A stretch of DNA of 64,000 bases from Candidatus Abzuiibacterium crystallinum (GCA_002787155.1 PCVY01000068.1:2426-66425), one strand, 5' to 3'. Positions 1 through 9,631 are shown, counted from the first letter of the stretch. Made by a program: numbers and translations. Notes: generated from the sequence alone by a model not told the origin.

Positions 1-400
1 ATTCAAAAAACATGGCAAGAAACTTAGGGCCAAAGGATAGGAAAGGAAGTGTGCAAAGATCTGCGTCATACCCAGATTGTCTCAGCGCCAAGATGATATC
101 CGTCGAAAGAGATTCAGCCCCTCCTTTTACAAAGAAAGTTTGGGGCTGGACAACGATAATACGTTTCTTTAAACGATAAACTTGAATCGATTCGAAATAG
201 TCAACCCAATGACTTGGTAGCTTGGTTTTTTGCCATGCATGTGGATGAATAAGGGATGCCCACAAAAACCAATATCGCATACTAAGCACTAAGAGCTTTC
301 TTAAAATGAACATCTGGCACAAGCATTGAATCATCAGCGAACGACTGTTTGTAGATTGCGCCATTCTGAATTGGTCAATGATATTATTAAGATTGTTCAT
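1..400 (-). CDS. GT4-family glycosyltransferase, N-terminal part (runs off the left edge)
   Basis: Not in the ORF track. Manual translation from ATG at 400, overlapping the upstream stop, is open to position 1 and contains KRIIVVQPQTFFVKGGAESLSTDIILALRQSGYDA, a typical GT-B N-terminal GGAE motif. Confidence 0.7.
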   Translation of the reverse strand, partial: MNNLNNIIDQFRMAQSTNSRSLMIQCLCQMFILRKLLVLSMRYWFLWASLIHPHAWQKTKLPSHWVDYFESIQVYRLKKRIIVVQPQTFFVKGGAESLSTDIILALRQSGYDADLCTLPFLSFGPKFLAMFFE

Positions 401-2135
401 CAGGACCTGCCCATGTGTTCATGGTCGTCGAGTCATGGGTTATGACGAATAATGATCGCGTAAATGGCGTCAAGATTTTCTTTAAAAGAGCTAATTTACC
501 GGGACGCAATGTTTTATTTGGATCATGCACAATCAGCAAATCAAAATTTCGCAAAGGTAAGAGCGTTTTAATTAAATTGAAAATATTATGATAAAACACC
601 GTGAGATGTGACCATAAAAAATCATACGATATGTTAATTGTATGGTCATGACGAATAAAAACGAATAATTTTGCTTCCTGATGAAACCGTCGTATTTTAA
701 AAGCGATCGACGTCAGGTCGCAACCTCTTGATTTTGTGATAATCCCAATTTTATCACTTTTCATTACTAAGTTTTTCAATTGCTCTATCAAATGTTCAGC
801 CTGAGGGTTCGCGCTGACAAAAGAAGAAACGGTTTTTGTATCTGTCGATAATAGTTTTTCTTGAAAAATACGATCAAGCAGATTGGTATTAGAGCCTTCA
901 AAGAGTTCAGTTCGTTGAAAAAGATAATGTCGCTTTAGAAATAAAATTAATAAATTGAGCCGCTCTGATTCACTTATTCGTTCATATGTGGTTTCGAGTA
1001 TTCGTTTGGTACATCTCTCAAAATCTTGCATTGTTTGAGGATCGGTAGTTAAACCGCAATTAGAATAAATTGAAGGACCAAGACATACAACGGGTTTTTT
1101 GTGGAGCAGAGCCTCCAGCCCTACGTTTGAATTAACAGTAACGACAAGATCAACTCGTTCAATTAAAGTATGGATATTTTCTGTGCTTGAGAGTTTAAGG
1201 CGGGGGTTCTCTTGTTGATACGCCGACAAAAACAAGTTCAATTTTTCAGCAAGTTTTGTTTTTGACCATTCCGGATGAAGGCGCACCAAAATGATCGGTG
1301 GATGCGGTGTGTTAAAAGTGATTTCAAGGAGAAATGTTATGATTTCTTCAAAAGCTTTAAAGAGTCGAGCGTTTTGGAAAACTATAGGGTCTTGAAGAGG
1401 CACCATAATAATTTTTGTCCTTACGGATGACGAAGATTCAACATCTATTCCTCCTGATTCGTTTTCTAAAGAGGGGGTCAAAGTGCTTTTCTTATTCTTC
1501 ATCAATTCTTGCGTAAAAGAATACACACGCTTTCGTTCATCGTGTTCGCTGGCAGTTTTTTGAAAATCCAACCATTTACCGTCAGCGTAGCGACTTTGTC
1601 CCAGCACACCGTCCGGATCAACAACGAGGGTGTCTGGGAAACAACCGCGCTCGAGGTGGACACAGGGAAACGTTAATGCTTCAGCAGCTAGTCGCAAAGC
1701 TCTATTCTGCCAATAAAGATTACCATTCCAAAGAAAGCAGAGACCTGGTCGGAGCGAACTAAGCAGCTTTTTGATTGCGTGTAAATGTGCGATAGCGTCA
1801 CGGACATGATCATGATAATGTGATATAAATGACGATCGGTCATACTGGAGATCATTGTAAAATAGATCCGGAATAGAAATTGTCTCATATGAAATATGAC
1901 TCACGAAATCCCAATGCATGAGTGCGTTTGGCGGCGGCTGGCGGGGGACGAGTTCCATTAAATCAAAGGGCGTTACAAAAGGTATTTTTTTCTCAAGTAG
2001 TATTTGAATAATACCCGAGTCTGTTGCAAATAATATTGGTTCAAATTTTCGATTTGACTGCCTGATTGCATGACAAAAATCAATCAGTAACCCAAGTATA
2101 CTTGTTGAGTTACACGTTTGAATCAGACATTTCAT
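387..2135 (-). CDS. Capsule polysaccharide biosynthesis protein, KpsS/LipB-like (possible ulosonic acid transferase)
   Basis: Motifs LWNG, LERGCFPDTLVVDPDGV, VPLQ, RLHPE, TVNSNVGLEALLHKKPVVCLG; lies in the wzm/wzt cluster. Confidence 0.7.
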   Translation of the reverse strand: MKCLIQTCNSTSILGLLIDFCHAIRQSNRKFEPILFATDSGIIQILLEKKIPFVTPFDLMELVPRQPPPNALMHWDFVSHISYETISIPDLFYNDLQYDRSSFISHYHDHVRDAIAHLHAIKKLLSSLRPGLCFLWNGNLYWQNRALRLAAEALTFPCVHLERGCFPDTLVVDPDGVLGQSRYADGKWLDFQKTASEHDERKRVYSFTQELMKNKKSTLTPSLENESGGIDVESSSSVRTKIIMVPLQDPIVFQNARLFKAFEEIITFLLEITFNTPHPPIILVRLHPEWSKTKLAEKLNLFLSAYQQENPRLKLSSTENIHTLIERVDLVVTVNSNVGLEALLHKKPVVCLGPSIYSNCGLTTDPQTMQDFERCTKRILETTYERISESERLNLLILFLKRHYLFQRTELFEGSNTNLLDRIFQEKLLSTDTKTVSSFVSANPQAEHLIEQLKNLVMKSDKIGIITKSRGCDLTSIAFKIRRFHQEAKLFVFIRHDHTINISYDFLWSHLTVFYHNIFNLIKTLLPLRNFDLLIVHDPNKTLRPGKLALLKKILTPFTRSLFVITHDSTTMNTWAGPDEQS

Positions 2136-2161
2136 AACATAACACCCTAACTAACCCAACT

Positions 2162-3091
2162 TCAATTTAAATATTCAAAAGTTGTAAGAGGTTTTTGTGT
2201 TAGAAGGAAAGTTCTAAATTTATCGAATTCGTTCGGTGAATTCAGTGCATACTTGATTGCTTTTTCAGTTTCAGCTAAATTATAACAGATAGGAATTCGG
2301 CACTTGCTCCAAGCAATAAGCGCTTCAATTTTATGTGAGTTGGAAGGCAATGCGACAAATGGGATGCCCGCTAAAGCGCAGAGATATATACCATGGAATC
2401 GTCCTGTAACATAAAGCCTTGCTGTGCGAAGTGAAGCGATGGCAAACATCCAGTCATGTTGTCTGTTTTTTTCTTTAACCCGCCATGTTCGGTGATGGCG
2501 GCGCAGTGACTCAAGAATATTGCAAACATCACTTTGATGCTCATGACCGTCTCCAATAACAATTTCATTCCTTAAATTTTCATATATTTTATCTTGGAAA
2601 GGTGCTTCAAGTATCGAATCAGGTACAATCCGAGGTTTTCCGCCAAGACGTTTAGCGACTGCAGCACTAAAAGGTTCTCTGACGGTGAGGTCAGTTAATC
2701 GACTAAAAATATTTATAAAGGGAGGCACCTCTTGAAGGACACAATTAATAAGGAAAGTTTTTTTATTTAACTTTTGCGCAGCCGCTATCATAGCCAGTAG
2801 ATGCATTCCTTTCCCGTGATGAATAGTCCCCTCACCATTCACGACCAGCGCATCACAGCGGCGAATAAGTTTACCCCAATGGCTCGCAAGCACTTTCTCA
2901 ATGGATTTTTCAGCGTTTTCTGCATACATATCAGCCGCTTCATGTACGTAGTGTGTCCCAATCACGTTGACCCGTTTCTTTCGAAGCATTGCCCGATGCG
3001 CAAAACTAACCGCAATACAACCCGCATGATGTTCTGAGGAAGTATCATTAGCAAAAAATACTTTCAAGTTACCAAACATTAATGTGTGCAC
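2162..3091 (-). CDS. Polysaccharide pyruvyl transferase family protein
   Basis: NGEGTIHH, TVRE and TGRFHG motifs. Confidence 0.7.
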   Translation of the reverse strand: MHTLMFGNLKVFFANDTSSEHHAGCIAVSFAHRAMLRKKRVNVIGTHYVHEAADMYAENAEKSIEKVLASHWGKLIRRCDALVVNGEGTIHHGKGMHLLAMIAAAQKLNKKTFLINCVLQEVPPFINIFSRLTDLTVREPFSAAVAKRLGGKPRIVPDSILEAPFQDKIYENLRNEIVIGDGHEHQSDVCNILESLRRHHRTWRVKEKNRQHDWMFAIASLRTARLYVTGRFHGIYLCALAGIPFVALPSNSHKIEALIAWSKCRIPICYNLAETEKAIKYALNSPNEFDKFRTFLLTQKPLTTFEYLN

Positions 3092-3155
3092 GCCTTATTA
3101 CCGCTATGTTACTATCAACAAAGATAAAGATGTGAAATCGAATTATTTTAAAGGT

Positions 3156-3905
3156 TTACATCTGTTCCATGTTTTGGTATTGATTACAAACCTGTTCTAT
3201 TTCAGCATCTATAACAATTTTTCCCCGACGAATAAGGATACCACGCTGACAGTGCTTCTGAAGCTGTTCTAAAGAATGCGATATTAAAACAATCGTTTTT
3301 CCCTGTTTTTTCAAAAGACCGAATTTGTCTAAACATTTCATACGGAATCGGTAATCACCAACCGCAAAAATCTCATCTGCCAAAAGAATATCAAAATTTG
3401 AATGGACTGCAACTGAAAATCCGAGACGTATATACATCCCAGAAGAGTACAATTTGACGGGAGAGTCAATGAACTTGTCGAGTTCGGCGAATGTCACAAT
3501 TTGATCAAAGCATTTCCGAATATCATGCTTTGACATCCCTAAAATTACACCGTTTAAAAATATATTTTCCCTGCCAGTCAATTCAGGATGAAAACCCGCA
3601 CCGACTTCTAATAAAGGCGCAATTTGTCCATGAACAGTAATAGTTCCGCTGGTTGGTTTTGAAATATTTGCAATCAGGCGTAATAAAGTTGATTTCCCGG
3701 CGCCATTGGCACCAATAATCCCCACTGATTCGCCTTGCGTAATTTCAAAACTCACGTTATCAAGCGCATGAATATAATCTTTCGTGTCGGAATGTGGTTT
3801 CAGAATCCGTAAAAATGCTTCGTTGCATTGGGATGCTAACGATCGATACACTTCGCGTTTCAAATGGTATGTTTTTGTTACATTAGCAAATTGAATACTC
3901 GTCAT
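3156..3905 (-). CDS. wzt: Polysaccharide ABC exporter ATP-binding subunit (no C-terminal CBM)
   Basis: Walker A GANGAGKST, GFHPELTGREN, YSSGM signature, LLADE Walker B; 249 aa. Confidence 0.93.
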   Translation of the reverse strand: MTSIQFANVTKTYHLKREVYRSLASQCNEAFLRILKPHSDTKDYIHALDNVSFEITQGESVGIIGANGAGKSTLLRLIANISKPTSGTITVHGQIAPLLEVGAGFHPELTGRENIFLNGVILGMSKHDIRKCFDQIVTFAELDKFIDSPVKLYSSGMYIRLGFSVAVHSNFDILLADEIFAVGDYRFRMKCLDKFGLLKKQGKTIVLISHSLEQLQKHCQRGILIRRGKIVIDAEIEQVCNQYQNMEQM

Positions 3906-4687
3906 TAAATAGAATCCGCAAAGTTAGGTTCAAGTTTTTTAAATAAATGATGAGCTGTTGTGAATAATGCAATGGTCAAGATGGCTGAAATAAAAAAGAA
4001 ATTCCAATTAGGGGCTGTTCCCATTACCAATACGTTTCGAAAGCATTCCACGATCCCCGTCATAGGATTTAGGAGTAGTAATTTTTGTAAATTAGGACGT
4101 ATGACGCTCAACGGGTAGATGACAGGGGTGGCAAACATAGCAATTTGAATCAGGTTAGCGAGGGCATTTTTCACATCGCGATAAAAAACATTTAGAGCTG
4201 AGAGAAGCAAGGCAATGCTCACAATCAACATAAATTCAAGGAAAATAAAGAGCGGTAATAAAAGAAGCCAGAAGGTTAGTTTGATTTTAAAGTAGATTAA
4301 AAGTACGACAAGCAAACTGCAGGCAATCAAGAAATCAAAGGCAGCTGCCATAATGGAAGCTAGCGGAAAGATGACGCGGGGGAAATAGATTTTTTTGATC
4401 AGATCTGCATTAGAAACAAGACTAGGGATGGCCGCATTCAACGCATTTGAGAAAAACAGCCATGGTATTAATCCCGATAATAAGAAAACCGGATAAGGGG
4501 TATCACCAGTCGGCATTCGGACGATCTTGGTAAAGATAGCACTAAAAAGTATGAGCATAATCGCCGGCTGGAAAAGTGCCCAGAGGATGCCAAGCGCTGA
4601 TTGTTTATAGCGGGCCTTAATTTCACGTGCCGTTAAAAGCTCAATTAATTCACGGTAACGAATGAAATCAGCCAAATAGCGGATCAT
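3905..4687 (-). CDS. wzm: Polysaccharide ABC exporter permease
   Basis: REIKARYKQSALGILW, KKIYFPR, YRDV, TPVIYP, LNPM; coupled to wzt. Confidence 0.93.
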   Translation of the reverse strand: MIRYLADFIRYRELIELLTAREIKARYKQSALGILWALFQPAIMLILFSAIFTKIVRMPTGDTPYPVFLLSGLIPWLFFSNALNAAIPSLVSNADLIKKIYFPRVIFPLASIMAAAFDFLIACSLLVVLLIYFKIKLTFWLLLLPLFIFLEFMLIVSIALLLSALNVFYRDVKNALANLIQIAMFATPVIYPLSVIRPNLQKLLLLNPMTGIVECFRNVLVMGTAPNWNFFFISAILTIALFTTAHHLFKKLEPNFADSI

Positions 4688-5823
4688 AAAAACACCATTT
4701 CTCTGATGGTGCGCTGCAGCTCTTCAGATATTTTAAGCAAGTCAGCATGTTGATGAAACGTATTATATCCGGATTCAGCCGTTTGGTCTCTGAGCTTTTT
4801 ATGCTTCTTAAGTTCTGTTAGTAGTTGTGCCAAAGCCTCGGGATTTTGAGGCGGTACCGTCAAAACATCTTTACCGGGCCGGAGCAGCTCTTTGACGGCA
4901 TCGGTTTCGGCAGTCACAACCGGTTTTTTTGTTGCGAGCGCCTGGAATATTTTATTCGGAATCACACGGTTCAGTTTGGGTGAGTCGGAAAAAATTCCGA
5001 GACAGACATCGCAGTTTTGGATAAGGTCCGGCAGCGCGCGGTAGGGGACCCAGCCGGGCAAGGATACGTTTTCCATTTTTTTTTCGTTCACCATGTTTTG
5101 AATTTCCGAAAAAAGCTGACCGGTTCCAACCAAATCAAACATCATGTCACGATCGGATTTCAAAATCTCGGCAGCCGCTATAATGGTTTGGATACCATGC
5201 AAGGGCGTAAATTTTCCGACAAACAGGATTCGAAAATAAGGCTTATCGTTTGCCGCTGACCCTGCCTTTGATGGAAGGAATAAATCATCTTCGGCACCGG
5301 CATAAATTCTAACAAATTTCGACAAAGGAATCCGGTGAGCGGAAGAAAAATACCGTATATGCCCGTCGGTATCCAATATAATTTTATCGGCTGATTGACA
5401 AGCGAGGCGGTCAAGCGCAAACAGCGCGTGAGAAGTCAGGCTTTTTGTACGGACAAGTTTACGGTCATCAATCGCTGAGTCATATAACGAGATAAAAGCG
5501 TCCCACAAAACAGGCGTGCGTTTTAGTGCGGCAAACCATTTGATAATCACTGTGTCAAGGTGTCCGGGATAGCCCACTAAAACGACGGCGTGCTTCGGTG
5601 CACAAAGGTATCGAATAATGAGCCAAGGATAGATGAGAAGCAGTTTTAGTGCTATCAATATAAGTCCCCAAACTCGTCTTATGATGTGCGTTTTATGAAT
5701 TTTGTTTCGCCAAATGTCATGATGAATCAGAACGGTTTCGTAGCCGGCGATTTGAAGTGCTTTTAAGAGAATTTGATTGCGGGGATAATCTTCTTCGAAC
5801 GTACCAAAAAAACACACACGCAT
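4684..5823 (-). CDS. GT4 glycosyltransferase
   Basis: LFVGKFTPLHG, PNKIFQALATKKPVV GT-B motifs. Confidence 0.88.
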   Translation of the reverse strand: MRVCFFGTFEEDYPRNQILLKALQIAGYETVLIHHDIWRNKIHKTHIIRRVWGLILIALKLLLIYPWLIIRYLCAPKHAVVLVGYPGHLDTVIIKWFAALKRTPVLWDAFISLYDSAIDDRKLVRTKSLTSHALFALDRLACQSADKIILDTDGHIRYFSSAHRIPLSKFVRIYAGAEDDLFLPSKAGSAANDKPYFRILFVGKFTPLHGIQTIIAAAEILKSDRDMMFDLVGTGQLFSEIQNMVNEKKMENVSLPGWVPYRALPDLIQNCDVCLGIFSDSPKLNRVIPNKIFQALATKKPVVTAETDAVKELLRPGKDVLTVPPQNPEALAQLLTELKKHKKLRDQTAESGYNTFHQHADLLKISEELQRTIREMVFL

Positions 5824-5826
5824 GAC

Positions 5827-6765
5827 TTAGGAAGACTGCTCGTGAATCGAATATTCGAGATCTGATTTATTTTGACCAAAAGTAATCATTTCAGCAATCA
5901 GCCCTGTCGAAAAGAATTGAATCCCAACGATGGTCAGCAGGACGCCTAAGAATAAGAGCGGATATCGATTTTGGATGTTACCGTGCAATAATCTTAAATA
6001 AAGAATGTAGCAATCAATGACAAAGCCGCTTAAAGTTAAGAAAATACCAATGGTCCCAAAAAAATGCGATGGTTTTTTGGTAAATTTAGTGAGAAAAACA
6101 ACCGTGAACAAATCCAAGCAGCCGCTCATAAGTCGGCTCACGCCATATTTTGACTTTCCGTACTTACGAGGACGGTGGATGACGCGTTGTTCGGTGATCC
6201 GGAAGCCGCGCCAAGCAGCTAAAATGGGGATATAACGATGCAGTTCACCATAAAGATGAATTTCTTGAAGCACTTCACGCCGGTAAGCCTTCATGCCGCA
6301 ATTGAAGTCATGCAGCTTAATGCCGCTCATAATAGCAGTGACACCATTGTAAATGCGGGACAAAATCCGCCTGCTCAGAGGGTCTTTTCGTTTATGTTTC
6401 CAGCCTGATACCACATCGAAACCTTCTTGCAGCCGTTCTAAAAAACGCGGAATTTCCGACGGATTGTCCTGCAGGTCTCCATCCAGTGTTAGTACCGCGG
6501 ACCCTTTGGTCATCTTAAATCCGGCCGCTAAGGCCGCTGATTTGCCAAATCTTGATCGAAATTTTACCCACTTCACATGCGGATCTTGCATCTGTAGTTT
6601 TTTAAACTGCGCCATACTGTTGTCGGTACTGCCGTCATCGACAAAAATAATTTCATATAGGACATTTAAATCACGGAGCGTTTCAGAGAGTTCAGCATGC
6701 AATTCTGCCAGACTTGCCGCTTCATTATAAACAGGGATAACAATAGACAGTGAAGATATATTCAT
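5827..6765 (-). CDS. GT2 polyprenol-phosphate glycosyltransferase (ArnC/GtrB/DPM1-like)
   Basis: IPVYNE, VDDGSTD, GKSAAL, DGDLQD, HDFNCG, ELHRYIP; two C-terminal TM helices. Confidence 0.9.
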   Translation of the reverse strand: MNISSLSIVIPVYNEAASLAELHAELSETLRDLNVLYEIIFVDDGSTDNSMAQFKKLQMQDPHVKWVKFRSRFGKSAALAAGFKMTKGSAVLTLDGDLQDNPSEIPRFLERLQEGFDVVSGWKHKRKDPLSRRILSRIYNGVTAIMSGIKLHDFNCGMKAYRREVLQEIHLYGELHRYIPILAAWRGFRITEQRVIHRPRKYGKSKYGVSRLMSGCLDLFTVVFLTKFTKKPSHFFGTIGIFLTLSGFVIDCYILYLRLLHGNIQNRYPLLFLGVLLTIVGIQFFSTGLIAEMITFGQNKSDLEYSIHEQSS

Positions 6766-6805
6766 ATCACTTTAAATATCGGCCAAATGTGCCGATTATA
6801 AAGTC

Positions 6806-8257
6806 ATGAAATTAGAGCCCACAGAAGGGCGTAAGTCCAGCGTGATTCATGTTGTTGTGCTGGTTGGCCTCCTTGCGATTGGAACCGCTTTACGCGCCGC
6901 TTATTTAACAGCTCGGCCTGTTTGGTATGATGAGGCCATCACCATTTTTCAAGCCAAATCAGGATTTTCCTATATTCTGTCCCATTATTTCCAGGGAAGT
7001 AACCCGCCGGTCGCTTACTTGGTTTACCGCCTCTGGATATTGATTTTTGGCGACAGTCAAATCAGCTTTGAAATTGTATCAGTCATCTTTGGGATTGGGT
7101 CACTTTATTTGATGTATCAAATTGCTTGCCGTGTCTTTGACCGCATCACAGCGAACATTGCGCTTGTTTTGTTGACGTTTTCCTCATACCACATTTTCAC
7201 CTGTCAGCAGATCCGAGCATATTCACTGGCTTGTTTTTTAGCGCTTTTATCAATCGATCAACTTGTTTGTTTTTTACAGAAGCGTCACAAAAAACATTTA
7301 ATAGCGTGGGGGGCGGTTGGGATCACGATGGTGCTGACGCATTTTTACACCGTTTTCTTGTTTTTAGTCCAGATTCTTCTATTGATCCAACGGTATGCGC
7401 ATTACAAAAAAATTGACCGCTTAAAAACATGGCACATCTACACCGGCGGCAGTGCCGTGATCGTGTGGGTGACCTATTTGGCTATTTTCTTAGTTAAGAA
7501 ATTTCATTTTTTCCCCATTTATCCGCGTCCTCATGCCGCGTGGGCAGACTTACAGCTGGTGCTGCAAAGCATTTTTTTTCTGTCCCCGGCACTGGTTGTT
7601 ATTTCGTGCATGATCGTCACCGTTTTTTTGGTGAAGTATTTCTGGAAGGAAAAACACAGCGATCATGCAGAAAAACCGTTTGTTGTATTTTTAATCAGTT
7701 GGATTTTTATCTCCATCGTGGTTCCGCTGCTGATTTCTCAAACCATGCCGTCTTTTTTTTACGTTCGCTACTATATTTTTACGCATTTGGCTTGGATCTT
7801 ATTGACGGCCATTGCTGTTCGCTCAGTTGGTACATTTATTTTTCACGTTGTGGTATGCGGTACTTTCATTTTTTTCTTAAGCGGTCTTGTGGCTGACTAC
7901 TATGATGATTGTGCCCAAAAAGCTAAAATTCGAAAGGTGTATGAAGAAGTCGCAAAGGAATATCGGCCGGGTGACGTGATTGTTCATGAGAACGGCTGGA
8001 CGTTTGGACCTGCTTTTTTTTATCACCAAGGAAAGCTAGATGAATATTATTTGACCAATGAATTTGGCATACCAACTCTGGAAAAGCAAAAATTTAAGCC
8101 GGAAATCCTGCAGTCACATAAACGCCTTTGGCTGTTTTTAGAACGGCCGGAAAGCCTACCGAAAGTCCTCCCGCAAGCGTGGCTTCAGAATTCTGCCAAA
8201 CGGATGCTAAAGGCAAATCCAACCCAGCTGTGGTTTCTTTATGAGCTGAAGGAATAA
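6806..8257 (+). CDS. GT-C fold membrane glycosyltransferase (PMT/ArnT-like)
   Basis: WYDEA loop after TM1, NPP.Y motif, QIRAYS, THFY, many TM segments. Confidence 0.8.
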   Translation: MKLEPTEGRKSSVIHVVVLVGLLAIGTALRAAYLTARPVWYDEAITIFQAKSGFSYILSHYFQGSNPPVAYLVYRLWILIFGDSQISFEIVSVIFGIGSLYLMYQIACRVFDRITANIALVLLTFSSYHIFTCQQIRAYSLACFLALLSIDQLVCFLQKRHKKHLIAWGAVGITMVLTHFYTVFLFLVQILLLIQRYAHYKKIDRLKTWHIYTGGSAVIVWVTYLAIFLVKKFHFFPIYPRPHAAWADLQLVLQSIFFLSPALVVISCMIVTVFLVKYFWKEKHSDHAEKPFVVFLISWIFISIVVPLLISQTMPSFFYVRYYIFTHLAWILLTAIAVRSVGTFIFHVVVCGTFIFFLSGLVADYYDDCAQKAKIRKVYEEVAKEYRPGDVIVHENGWTFGPAFFYHQGKLDEYYLTNEFGIPTLEKQKFKPEILQSHKRLWLFLERPESLPKVLPQAWLQNSAKRMLKANPTQLWFLYELKE

Positions 8258-8363
8258 GCCAAATCTATCCCAGGTAAGTTATATTTATAAGTTGTTTAAT
8301 TAGAGTAAGTTACAAAAATTGACTGCAGACATTATTCTGACGAATTTTATCTAAAACCACTCC

Positions 8364-8392
8364 TTGTATTGATTTTCTCTTTATGTTATCCT
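8364..8392 (+). promoter_or_regulatory. Putative sigma70 promoter of the HD-GYP gene
   Basis: TTGTAT-17 nt-TATCCT with extended -10 TG. Confidence 0.5.
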
Positions 8393-8445
8393 TTTAAGTG
8401 ATCCTATGATTAGCTAAAATAAGGAGAGATAGGTTGTTTTAGCTT

Positions 8446-9426
8446 ATGGGTGAGATCATGCCAAATGGGAAGCCCAGAATATTAGTGGTTAATGATAATC
8501 AAAAAGATCGTGAATACCTTACCCTTATACTTCAATCGCTTGACTGTCTGACCGATACGGCCGAAAATGGGGCCAACGCCATTCAGAAAATTCGCGAATT
8601 CATTCCAGATTTAATACTTTTAGATTCCAACATGCCCCTTGTAAGCGGTTATCAGACTGCTCAAACAATCCGTCAACAATCTCGAAACGGGTTAATTCCT
8701 ATTCTTTTCCTAACAGAAAATATGAACGGCAATGGTCATGCTGCTAACGTGAGTGATCTTGAAGCCGTTGACGTGCTTCGTAAACCCTATCAGCCGTTTG
8801 AAGTCATTTCGCGCTGCAAATCTCTCCTCAACCTAAGCCAGTTTGAATACGAATTGGAAATGGCTGAGCAGGTCCTAAAAAGTTTAGCACTAGCTGTTGA
8901 GGCAAGGGACCCGACAACAGGTAATCATTGTGACCGCCTTTACTATCGTTTGACCCGATTGGCTGATATGTTAGCGTTAGGGCATGATATGAAAGATACT
9001 TTGCTGAAAGGATCGATTTTGCACGATATCGGCAAGGTGGGTGTGCCGGATAGCGTGTTGTTAAAAGAGGGGCCCCTGACTGATAAAGAATGGATGGTTA
9101 TGAAGCAGCATGTGATTATCGGTGAGTCGCTTTGCCGCCCCCTGAAGTTCTTACATCCTGTCTTACCATTGATTCGGCATCATCATGAACGATTTGATGG
9201 CTCTGGATACCCGGACAGCCTTAAGGGCGAAGAAATTCCTTTGGTTGCGAGAGTGTTCCAAGTGTGCGATGTTTTTGATGCTCTCACAAGTAAAAGGCCA
9301 TACAAACGCTCATTTACTGAGGATGAATCGAAGAAAATCCTTGAAACAGAGATGTCAAAAGGCTGGTGGGACCCTCGAATTGTGGAGGCGTTTTTCAAAA
9401 TGTTATCTGTAGAACCAAAGATTTAA
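8446..9426 (+). CDS. REC + HD-GYP c-di-GMP phosphodiesterase (RpfG-like)
   Basis: Receiver LILLDSNMP/KP; EARDPTTGNHC, LHDIGK, HHERFDGSGYP, RPYK. Confidence 0.92.
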   Translation: MGEIMPNGKPRILVVNDNQKDREYLTLILQSLDCLTDTAENGANAIQKIREFIPDLILLDSNMPLVSGYQTAQTIRQQSRNGLIPILFLTENMNGNGHAANVSDLEAVDVLRKPYQPFEVISRCKSLLNLSQFEYELEMAEQVLKSLALAVEARDPTTGNHCDRLYYRLTRLADMLALGHDMKDTLLKGSILHDIGKVGVPDSVLLKEGPLTDKEWMVMKQHVIIGESLCRPLKFLHPVLPLIRHHHERFDGSGYPDSLKGEEIPLVARVFQVCDVFDALTSKRPYKRSFTEDESKKILETEMSKGWWDPRIVEAFFKMLSVEPKI

Positions 9427-9631
9427 GGTGAAGCGGGCTGAATGAAGCCGAAATTACCCTCTTAATTAACCCCTAATTTTTTGCTTATGCTTTAATAGGT
9501 TATGCCGATGATTTAAGAAGAAAGTAAGGGTGCTCATTGGAAGAATTGCCGCGAAGAGGACTAACTTAACCTTTTAGCATCGCTGTTTGGTTTACATAAT
9601 CAGGTTACTGATTAACAAAAAGGAGAGACCT

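Noticed and set aside
5076-5084. T9 tract in a GT4 gene (also T8 tracts in the GT-C gene) as phase-variation sites
   Set aside because: A/T runs of this length are common throughout this sequence, the frames are intact, and there are no long G/C tracts.
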